Assembly: GCF_041146345.1 (NCBI RefSeq)
Contig: NW_027191405.1
Location: 1,798,001-1,862,000, forward strand
Origin: Neodothiora populina
Lineage: Eukaryota
DNA length: 64,000 bases
Reading direction: 5' to 3'
The position numbers and the translations under genes are program-made. Shown here piece after piece: positions 12,810 through 22,786 of this stretch. A model generated the notes under the pieces. The model saw only the letters and a program-made list of their open reading frames with translations, was not told where the DNA came from and ran no database searches. Each line of letters begins with the position of its first letter. Position 1 is the stretch's first letter.

Positions 12810-14219
12810 ATGGGCCATATCGACCCATCAGCACTAGTCGAGCGAGACCACCTCGCCCCGAACCTACCTCACGCGCACCCCACGGAGTCATACTGGCAGA
12901 ACCCGCCCTCAGACATCGCCGACCACCGCACAACACCTCATCTACCCCCAAGCACCGCCTACATAATAATCGGCAGCGGACTAAGCGGCGCGTGCATCGC
13001 GCACAACCTGCTCTACTCACACGATGGAATGTCTCCAGCCCCTTCGATCCTGATGCTCGAAGCCCGGCAAGCCAGCAGTGGCGCCACGGGCCGAAACGGC
13101 GGGCACACGAAAGCGGCGTCTTACCGTTCGTTTCGAGACCATGAGAGACGCTATGGCACTGAGGAAGCCGTCAAGATCGCGAGGCTCGAGTTGGCGAATA
13201 TTCGGGCTACACATGCGCTGGCCCGTGAGTATGCGCTTGAGTGTGACTCGCTGCCGTGCGATACTGTTGATGTCTTTTATTCGGAGGATGATCTGGCGCG
13301 CGGCAGGGAGGCTGTGGAGCGGATGCGAGAGGTGTTTGGGCCTGATGATCCTGTGGCTAGGTATGAGTTTCTCTCGGCCGAGGAGACGCGAGCGCGGGTT
13401 TTGGTCCCTGATAGTCTGGGCGCGGTCAAGTATGAGGCTGGCAGTATTAGTGCTTATCGCTTTACTATTGGCTTGCTGAAGCGGTGTTTGGCCCGGGGCT
13501 TGAATCTCCAGACGGCTACGCCTGCGATTTCCATTTCGCGGCAGGACACGTCGTCTGGAGAAGACCCCGTGTGGGTTGTTCGGACGGTCAGGGGACATGT
13601 GACGAGTAGGAATGTCGTTGTGGCTACGAACGGCTACACGGCGCATTTGCTGCCTCAGATGAAGGGACTTATTGTGCCGTTGAGAGGGCAGATCACTGCG
13701 CAGAGGCCGGGCTCGGGTCTTCCGCAAGAGGGACTGGAGACGACCGTCAGCTTCATTTACGACACTGGATTCGATTACATGATCACGAGGCCTTCGTCTG
13801 CGTCAGATGCAGGCACGATAGTCATCGGAGGCGGCATAGGGAAGCTGGAAGGGGGCATGGCGGTCGAGATTGGGAGGACAGATGATGATGCGTTGAATTC
13901 GGACTTGACTACGTATCTGGCGGAATGCACTCCGCGGTTCTACGGTAATGGTTGGGGGAAGGATCACAATGAAGGAAGGGTGACGAGAGAATGGACCGGC
14001 ATCATGGGCTACAGCCCAGATGGATTGCCGTACGTGGGTCAAGTGCCGGGCATGAAGGGGGTGTGGCTCTCTGCATGCTTCAACGGGAGTGGGATGGTGC
14101 ACTGTCTCAAGTCTGCAGAAGCCGTCGTTGATATGATGGGCAGTGGCAAAGCCCCGGACTGGTTCCCAGAAGCAATGCAAATTAGTGAAAAGAGACTACA
14201 AGTGGAGGGATCAAAGTGA
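12810..14219 (+). CDS. FAD-dependent oxidoreductase (DAO/DadA family)
   Basis: 469-aa single ORF; IIGSGLSG dinucleotide-binding motif, LEAR...SGATGRNGGH, VVVATNGYT, WTGIMGYSPDGLPYVG. Confidence 0.9.
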   Translation: MGHIDPSALVERDHLAPNLPHAHPTESYWQNPPSDIADHRTTPHLPPSTAYIIIGSGLSGACIAHNLLYSHDGMSPAPSILMLEARQASSGATGRNGGHTKAASYRSFRDHERRYGTEEAVKIARLELANIRATHALAREYALECDSLPCDTVDVFYSEDDLARGREAVERMREVFGPDDPVARYEFLSAEETRARVLVPDSLGAVKYEAGSISAYRFTIGLLKRCLARGLNLQTATPAISISRQDTSSGEDPVWVVRTVRGHVTSRNVVVATNGYTAHLLPQMKGLIVPLRGQITAQRPGSGLPQEGLETTVSFIYDTGFDYMITRPSSASDAGTIVIGGGIGKLEGGMAVEIGRTDDDALNSDLTTYLAECTPRFYGNGWGKDHNEGRVTREWTGIMGYSPDGLPYVGQVPGMKGVWLSACFNGSGMVHCLKSAEAVVDMMGSGKAPDWFPEAMQISEKRLQVEGSK

Positions 14220-15163
14220 GCACTCGGGAGCTTGTTGGGCAATTGCCGAAAGAGGAGCACACGTCTTCGAAATGATAGAACAAGAGTTGACGTCACATGA
14301 GCCGAGTTTCAGCAAATAGACTAGAACAAGGAAAGTCAGCTATGGTCTTGGTGATTCTTCCGAGTATTGAGTATGCAAGTTCAAAGATTGTAGATCAGAA
14401 TGGGACTTTTTTATCAAAGCAACTGCGATTGCGTTGTTTTTGGTGCAGTGCATCTAAGAGCTGGGATTATCGGCCAATTGGCCTTATTCATCATGGTATC
14501 AGAGTAACGAGGGGTGTTTCGTCAGAAATGAGAAGGAGAAGATAAATGCGTACCATTTGATAGTGGATCCGAGTGGCGAACAATTTGAAGCAAACAGGTC
14601 ACAAGTCACAGATTTGTCTCACGAAAGGCGTTTCGGCATGATGAGACGGACATAGCAAGATCTGGCCACATATGGCTGTTCAATATGGGTACTCTCTGCA
14701 AGCAAGTCATTGATTCCTGCAATGGCATGTAAGCTCTGCTGTAATGACTGATCGATTGTCCCCGACTGAGACCATGTAACGTACCCATGGAAGGCGCAAA
14801 GCCTTGTCGATTCGAGCAAATACTTGCCAATCAACACTAGAAAACAAAGGACGAACAGCGAGGAGTTCTGCACCAACGATAGACCTGCGAGAAAGTGAAA
14901 TTGAAAGAAGACGTCTTTGCGGCAACTATAATCAAGCCTCAGACCATGACCGTTAAAATTCTTGATTTGTCGAGCAACAATATCTTTTCGGCTGCTTGAT
15001 ACAGGGTTTTCAAATGCAGCGCTCGGAAAGAGGAGTATGCCCATGAACATCCATTTTTTATGATGCGCCGAGTATCATTTTTGCTCACCACGCCTAAGCC
15101 CATAACCCTCGCCCGAACGGTATCAACCGTTCATGATGCAACAAATTGTAGACTGCGATGCGC

Positions 15164-16141
15164 TTAGAAGACCATCTCGTGGGGCTTGTCGCCGTTTCTC
15201 AGAGAGAAGGTGGCGGCGAGGTATGAAAAGAGGAAAGGCTCCTTCTTGAGGCTGGCAAGAAGAGCCTTGTCGACGGACTTCTGGTCCTCAGCACGAGCGC
15301 TGGCGACCTTCTTGGCCTGTGTGGAGAGGGGCATGTCAGTTTCGCTGGTTGCGATGCGGTTGTGTGTGAAATGGTGGTTCCATACCTCAGGCTTCTCGCC
15401 CTGCTTGAAGAAAGCCTCCTCACCCTTCTTCTCCGACTTCTTCTCCCTGGCGAAGTAAGAGTCGCTGCCAACCTTCTCGACAACGGCGGAGTCGACGGAG
15501 CTGATGTCGACCTTCGTCCTGGTGGCGATAACGTAGCGGGCGTTGACGCGGCGGAGAGGGACACCGTTGACCTTGAAAGGACCGGTGACGAGGAGGACAC
15601 CCTGGGGAAGGTTCTTGAGGAGGACAACGCGCTTGCCGCGGAAGCGACCGGCGAGGAGGATAAGAACGGTACCAGGCTGGAGAGAGGCGCGGGGCTTGCA
15701 AGGACGGACAGTCTTGCGGACCTGTGATGGAAAAGTTGTCAGTGCGCGATCACTCAGGTTTGCCTCATGGTCAGCCACAAAACGCCCTGTCTGTCTTGTT
15801 GAATCAGTGCGGTGGAGCACTCGAAGGATACGAAGATGCGCAGACACTCCCGGTGTGCCTCTTTCTCCGCTTCCGCCTTGATTCTCCTTGATTGCTCTCG
15901 CCTCGGGTTTGGGTGGCTCCTGCTGCGGCTGCTGCTTGCTCCTCCATGCACCACTCTCCCTCCCTCCAACCTTCAATCAAGACTCGGGGGGCGTTTCGCG
16001 GACATGAGATGATCGGTGGCATCGTACCTTCTTGGGCTGGCTATCGGCCTCAGCAGGGTAGTACTTCTGTGCCTGCTGGGCAGCAGCGGGAACCTGCCTC
16101 TCGCCCTTCTGGAACTTCTTGGTGGTGGCCTCCGAAGACAT
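15164..16141 (-). CDS. RPL6: 60S ribosomal protein L6 (eL6)
   Basis: Exon 1 16141-16028 ([15 protein letters not shown]...KYYPAEA), intron 16027-15722, then [23 protein letters not shown]...[21 protein letters not shown], a further intron, and C-terminal PHEMVF; extra intron in the 5' UTR; strong codon bias. Confidence 0.97.
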
Positions 16142-17026
16142 TTTGGCGGATTTGGCGACGGGACTCTGTTGGATTAATCAGTCGGGAAGTTCGCGAGTTG
16201 AAGTCGATGAAGTGTGATGTATGTAATCGTACCGGAAATGGGGTTGTCGTTGGTCGTGAAAATGTCGCGAATGTCCTAAGTCACACAGCCAACAAGACAA
16301 GGGACAGGAAATCTGAGCTGTGTGGATTTGCCAAGCGGGAGGTGCGCGGTGATGCCAAGAAATCGCTTAGCGAGTCCGTCCTCTGCCTTGCCGTTTGCCT
16401 GTCATGGAGCTCCGACGTTCCGACCGACATGACTTGAGCGAGATTGCGGACCCCCAGGCAGCCAGGCTTCCATCCATAATCTCTGTAGATAAAAGCAGTG
16501 TACATGTGATACTGTTCAACAACGATCATCCTGCCTGCGTTGTTTAGTGCTTCTGTGCTTGCATCTGCTAGTGCTAAGGTAGGTAGCCTCAGTACCTTAC
16601 TGTAGGTAGTGTTGCAGGACGACTACTCGTAGCTTGAGTAAGGTCCTTGGATTGCAAAGCACCCGGGCGAGTAATGTTACCCAAGGCAAAGACAAGGTAC
16701 TCCGTACGGTACACAGACCCCAAAGCATCGATGTCATTGTTCATGCTGCTGTGCTTTGTATCTCCACCCACTTGGTGTGTTTGAACCTCGATATAACCAT
16801 ATCCGTCATCCGCTTCATCGTGTGTTTCTATGACCTCAAACAATTCCATCAGCACACCGCGAGATTGGCCTTATAAAGTACTTCGTCCTTCTTCTGTCGT
16901 CTTGCAGAGCCTCTGATCAAGCTCACACGCCCTCCAGATCCACCACTTATCCTTGCACATTTACGGCCAAACGACACGCACCTTATCACAAACCCATCCA
17001 TCTGCGCTTTTGTTGATCACCACATC

Positions 17027-18678
17027 ATGGCATCGAATCCGATAATCACCTTCAAGGCCGGCCAGTGCGAGGCTCAGGTAAGTCGTTTCGTACCTTCGCA
17101 TGCAAGCTGCTACGCCCTGGCGCAATCTGTGTTGACTTGTCTTCCTCCATCTAGGGCAACAAGGTCAAGCCCATCCCGACTCCCGGCTACCTCTACCTCT
17201 ACGAAGAAGATGGTAAATCGATCCTTACTCCACGCTGTGATCGTGACTTCCAATCTGACCTGCTTCTCCTCCCTCCAGAACTACTCCACTTCTGCTGGCG
17301 TCCTCGCTCTGCCCCCTCAGACTCTCCCGAAATCGACTTGTTGATGTTCCCAGGCGATGCCACCTTCACTCCCTATGCCGCCAGCTCCGGCTCCACCTCC
17401 GAGGACACCGTTTCGCCCACCAACGGCCGTGTCTTCTGTCTGCGTTTCTCCTCGTCATCGCAACGCCACTTTTTCTGGATGCAAGCAAAGTCGCAGCACA
17501 GGGAGGGCAAGTCAAGTTGGTTCAGTGCGCGTGACAAGCGGCTAGGAGAGATTGTGAATCAGCTCCTCGCTGGTCAAGATGTCGATGTCGAGGCCGAAGT
17601 CGAGAACCTGAGGAACGGCTCAGGAGGCAACGATCATGAGGATGATGATGATGACGACCACGTCATGGACGATGTCCCCGGACCCGATCACAACCGCAGA
17701 GGCAGCACTACTGGTGGTGCAGGCGCTGATGCTACTGGTGGAGACCCGAACGTCGAAGGACAGGCTAGTCGAGAAGGTGGTGCAGACGGCGGAAGAGCGT
17801 AGGTCTTTCCACTCAACTTCCCTCGAATTTGCGGTTATTATGTTTTGTCGCTCGTGTGCTTTGCAAATGGCGTTGGGAGGTGCCATAGCGTGCATGTCGC
17901 CACCTGCTGCATTCCTGCCAGGTCGGCGCAAGGCGCTGTCGAGTTTGATACATGTCATATAGCGTTGACCTGGCAGAGACGAAGGCATCATGGAGAAATA
18001 CCAAAACATCAACACAGAGAAGAATACATGTATATGCAGCTAGAAACTTATGGCGTCGTTATCGGCCAATAGTATTCATGTCATGCATCACATCAGGACC
18101 ACTTCCGCTGATTTCTTTTCTTTTCGTCTAGTCCTTCAGATACAGATGCCGCCGTACAGAGCTTTCTGCGTTCCCTGCAAGGCTCCAGCAGCAACTACAA
18201 CCAACAATCCACGCCCGCACAATCGTATGATCAGCCTTTCACCACACTCTCGGAGCTACTCGGCTCCAACACCACCATCCCTTGGCTTTCAGCCGCAACA
18301 CCAATGGAAATCGACGCTCTCTGCGCGCATCTACCTGCTTCGCTGTTTCTCCTCGCCCAAGAATCCTCGGCATCCATGACATCCGCCGAAATCCACCCCG
18401 AGAGCGCCCGCGCCGCCATCGAAGCCATGGCCACGGAACAGAAACGCGAGCTGCTGGCCAGGGTCCTGCGAAGTCCTCAACTGACCCAGAGTCTGGGAAG
18501 CCTGACGTTCGCGCTGAGAGATGGTGGCTTGCCTATGGTTGCGGGTGCACTGGGTATTGAGCTCGAGCACGGAGGCACTATCAAGGGAGGCACTGTGCCG
18601 CTCGGAGGCGGTCACGCCGTCGAGGCTTTTCTCGAGGGTGTCAAGCGGGGAGTCGAGAAGGAGAAGAGACGCGAGTGA
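17027..18678 (+). CDS. RPN13: Proteasome ubiquitin receptor Rpn13/ADRM1 (Pru domain plus C-terminal UCH37-binding region)
   Basis: IITFKAGQC|..PTPGYLYLY..|LLHFCWRPR..LLMFPGDATF..RVFCLRFSSSSQRHFFWMQ; intron 17799-18131 joins in frame to a C-terminal exon (RVLRSPQLTQSLGSL). Confidence 0.9.
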
Positions 18679-19280
18679 AATCTGCTGCTTTTAGCACAGT
18701 CACCTCCTGGTCCAGTGGAGTGCATGCTTCGGGCGCGGTGTATCATCACCTTGTGTAGCCCTGACTGATCTCGTTGCCTTAGACTCTACTTACCTCAATG
18801 CAATTGTAGTCAGCCACTCGCACGTTTCGCCAAGATGTTCTCTACAGCATGATGATTGGTTTTCAGAGCGCTTGTTGGGTGAGGCTGAGCTTGCCCGGCT
18901 TGCTGAGCTGGGCTGATAAGGCGTTGATAACCAACGACTCTCAAGCGCCCTTTTGCTGATGACATGTGCTGGTAAGAACGTACATAAGTATACAAAGCAC
19001 TTCCCCCCAGGTCATATCATTGAATCTCAAGTTGTTGAATGCTATTTCTCACACCAAGTTGGCTTCATCCACTACAGCATAACAGCCAGTAATCATCCCC
19101 CATCGACGACGAGAAAAGAACACCCTCTCTTCTACCACACGCACGCACGCACGCACACACACGATTGACATCCTGAACACGACCCTCAATACCGAATTTC
19201 CTGCCTCCCTACGCAACCTGACCTCTTACTCCCTAGCCACCACACTCACCCTCCTCCCGTCTCTGTCCCTCGACAACACG

Positions 19281-19800
19281 ATGCGCGAGCTGGTAGACAC
19301 ACTAACCCACAGCTTCGGGAACATTACCATGACCAGTTTACACACTTTCGCGAAAGAGAGATGCAGCGGGGTTTCCCTCGGGGATGCGTTACTGGTCGCC
19401 GAGGCCGTCACGTGGATCTTCCCTGGACTGCTCATGGGAAGACATTTGTATACGGTTCTTGGCTTCGCGCGGTCGGGCCCTTCAGGCGGTATGTCTCACC
19501 ATCGACACTATACTGTGTCCTCGATATTATCGAGGCAGAGAGCAGTCGGGAGTGAAAGCTTGACTCATGCAGCTGATTTCTTCGTCAGGCTCAATGGCTG
19601 TTTGGTTCCAGTCTGTGTTTGGCGTCAATGCAGTCTTTTCGGTGCTTCAGAGCGCTGCTATGGGCGGCTACGGCGTCGGCGTCGTTGATGGTCTGGTACG
19701 CGCCGTCGCTGCTTTTGGTGCTGGGGGGAATCTCCTGCTGCGGTTCTGGGGAGGTGCGCAGGCGCAGGGTGCAGTTAATGGGACTATTGGTGGTCGTTGA
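19281..19800 (+). CDS. Small Gly/Ala-rich membrane protein, IFI27/Ifi-6-16-like
   Basis: Intron 19489-19588; LGFARSGPSG|GSMAVWFQSVFG...FSVLQSAAMGG motif. Confidence 0.6.
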
Positions 19801-20280
19801 TTCTCGACACCTGGCTGGTAGGAGCTGGGTTGGGCTACTTACCTTGTGGTTGTAAGGTTGCGGCCTGTGGAGATCAGGCGTGAAGAGCTAGCTGGTTTTG
19901 TGCAGGTTATGCATGCCTTGTAGTTGGCGGTCAGCGCTTAGTTGAGATGGGCTGTGTGCGTAGTGGTACATGTGATGCTACACTTAAGCGCTGTGGTTTG
20001 GTGTTCATGCTTCCCATAATCCTTTCGAGATGCTGTGAAGAACGAAAGCAGATATTTTGCGCCGTTCGTGATGCTGTGAAATACGAAATCGGATCATATC
20101 ATGCCCATTTGAGATATCTGTTACGAAATCAATCGTGATAGTGAACGATGAAAGCTGGTTCAAGATAGGTGCTAGGTGTATATACGGACGATAGATGGTA
20201 TAACCTACAAAGAGATCGGCGACGGCCACTGCTTAATTCCCAACCAGAAAACAGCCTGATAAAGAGGGACTCAAACACAC

Positions 20281-21558
20281 TCAAGACGCAGCCGAAGCCT
20301 CCCTTGCCCTCCTCTTACTCCTTCGCTTCCCGCCTTGCGAGGGGCTCTCTGGCTCAGCTTCGGCCGCTTCGCCATCTGCTTCACCTCCTGCTTCACCTCC
20401 AGCAGCGTCCTCATTCCTAGCCGCATCCTTCCCACCTGCCTGGTCTGACTCTCCTCCGAATCGTTCTTTGGCGTCACCGACCAGTCCCTCTGCGTTGTCT
20501 TTGGCATCACCAAGTCGCTCCCGAACATTCCTCTCCTCAGCTTCGTCCTTGAGATCGTCCACGACGTCTGCGCCACCGGGACAAGTCGTCCCAAAGACCC
20601 AATCGAGCACACCCCAATGGCCGAAATTGCCTTTGCCGTTGGTCTCATAATGTGCGTCAGTCCTGCGCGCCATTCCTGACAAGAGGATGCTGGACGGCAA
20701 CACCGCATATCCTGAGTAAATGAAGAGTTCTTCCAGACTTGTAAGAGCCACCAGGATGTGCCAGGTCAAGACGTGATAGCGAAATAGAAAAGCAGGCAAG
20801 TAGAGAGGGATCCATTGTGCCAGAAGGTAACAGATAGGGTGGTCGTACGCAGCAACGATGGAAAAGGGCCGTTGGATAGCATGAGCCCAGCCTTGATGCC
20901 ATTTCGCGATCGGAGACTTACTAGGTGAAGCATGAAGGACATAGCGATGAATTGCGTAATGAGTCAAGCCGCGCATGGCAAGAGCACGCAGGACATCCTT
21001 GGCTATAGACCATGGGGGAGGCACGAAAGTGCTGACCCGTAGACCAGAGCGAAAGTGTAGATATTCCGTTAGTATATACTCGAAAGCGCCTTGGAGAGCG
21101 ACGGCCATCAGAGTGTTGGCTGTTGCGACGGCAGTGATTTTGGCAAGACTGGATCTGGTCATGTTCTGGAGTGGCAGGCTTTTGGAGCCATTGGCCTTGA
21201 TGCTGGTCGCAAGGCTTGGAAGCAGAGCGTCGATACCGAGAAATAGATAACTCGGCAACAGAAAGAACAAGCATCGTATCGCCAATGTGCCGTATATCTC
21301 CACCTCCAAAGGATCATACTTCCATACGAATGTCGTCCAGACGAGCCAGAAGAAGGCTAGGTTGATCGTCGTGGAAGTTGATCCGAAGAAGGGCAAGGCA
21401 AGGAACGACAACATAGGCAGCGGGATCGAAGCAACCGACGTGGCTTTGGACATGGCAGTGCCATATAGTGACCACAGGAAGTCTGTCACCGACGACGTCC
21501 GGCCTTCGAAATAGCCATGATTATAGACGATACTGTCGCGAATGGTTTGCAGCGCCAT
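20281..21558 (-). CDS. Fatty acid hydroxylase / sterol desaturase superfamily membrane protein (degenerate His boxes)
   Basis: 425-aa ORF with transmembrane segments, HYAIHRYVLH, WHQGWAH, AYDHP, NFGHWGVLDWVFGT. Confidence 0.8.
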   Translation of the reverse strand: MALQTIRDSIVYNHGYFEGRTSSVTDFLWSLYGTAMSKATSVASIPLPMLSFLALPFFGSTSTTINLAFFWLVWTTFVWKYDPLEVEIYGTLAIRCLFFLLPSYLFLGIDALLPSLATSIKANGSKSLPLQNMTRSSLAKITAVATANTLMAVALQGAFEYILTEYLHFRSGLRVSTFVPPPWSIAKDVLRALAMRGLTHYAIHRYVLHASPSKSPIAKWHQGWAHAIQRPFSIVAAYDHPICYLLAQWIPLYLPAFLFRYHVLTWHILVALTSLEELFIYSGYAVLPSSILLSGMARRTDAHYETNGKGNFGHWGVLDWVFGTTCPGGADVVDDLKDEAEERNVRERLGDAKDNAEGLVGDAKERFGGESDQAGGKDAARNEDAAGGEAGGEADGEAAEAEPESPSQGGKRRSKRRAREASAAS

Positions 21559-22786
21559 TGTGCAAGATTATGGACCTCAATTCTGTGGGTGCGTCTCGAA
21601 TGTTCAACAAAAGTGGTAACGTTCGGTCAAATAGATGTCTTGTAAATACTACTAATAAGTGCTTTACCTACCTCAAGCTATTCTATGAAGGTACCTCATA
21701 TTGCGATCAGGTTTTCCCATATACACGTTGCGCCTGTATTCCTGGCAATGTCAGATCGCAGTATCGGCCATACGTCATCGTGCTAGCCACCGCTTCCAAA
21801 GCACCTTTGTGTCACCGACCTGGAGAAGTGGACCCTCGAGCATCGCTTCACGTGTTTCTGCATCTGGCTCCATGTTCGATCGAGTGGTCCGAACGCGTAC
21901 TTGCGCAGCTCGAACCGGGCAACCAGGAGCTCAACTCGGCATAGCCATAGATGTCGCATCGATGTGTGGATTTTAGTCCCGCATGATGCCTTGCAAGCTT
22001 GTCAGGGTCTCAGCTTTGCTTGATACTGTAGTAATTAGTAGCAATAATTAATGCCCAAGCAGGCAGGGTTTATCTATGGGAAGCCACAGTCTCCGTACAC
22101 GTGCAAATGGCCGAAGGTTCAGAAGTTTCAGGCAGACTCCCAACCTTAAGTGAGCCATGTGGCCCAGCAAGCCAAAACAAATAAACAATTTATGGTAGAA
22201 GAAAAATATTGGCTAATGGCAGATAGGTAATTCAAAGACAATGTTCAAGCTACCGAGAAACAGTTCTTATGCCGTCGCTTCTCTGCCTGTAGTGCAAGGC
22301 ACAGTATAGTGCCTGCAGGGAAGCCGGAAGATCTTCATGTATGTCAGCACCCCTGAAACGCGCCGTCTACCTCGCCGCCTCATTTCCACTTTCCCCTCCT
22401 CATCACTTATTATACAGTGAAAAAGGGTTTCCTCTGCGACCCCCAGTCCTTCTGCAAGACCTGCGAAGCAAAACTTATGAACAGCACAATCGCCCTTGCG
22501 CTGTTGCGCCATTACACTCTATAGCTTGGGTCTTATGAACATGTTAGGGGGCAGGCACATCACTTGTGCTTATCAGTAGATTCGCATCCTGTCCACAATA
22601 TTACATGCTGCAGAGTAATCGTCGCAACCGCGCTCTATATATATGATCTTTAAACTATCAAGGTCCGACCGACCCAAACGCATCTCGATCTCCATGGTTG
22701 GACAGATTACCTCGACCTGTCATAGGTTCCTGTCTAGATACGATCTGACTTTCCCTACAAGGAGATGAGAGGGCAATCTCGCGAAC

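Noticed and set aside
14638..14769. ATGATGA...CTGA candidate snoRNA between the FAD oxidoreductase and RPL6
   Set aside because: No recognisable guide sequence and no convincing terminal stem
15722..15976. Apparent N-terminal extension of RPL6 in the 270-aa ORF
   Set aside because: Read-through into the intron; the true first coding exon is 16141-16028
18845..18910. CAGC-ATGATGA...CTGA-GCTG candidate C/D snoRNA downstream of RPN13
   Set aside because: Boxes and a 4-bp terminal stem are present, but no recognisable rRNA/snRNA antisense element or host intron; likely chance
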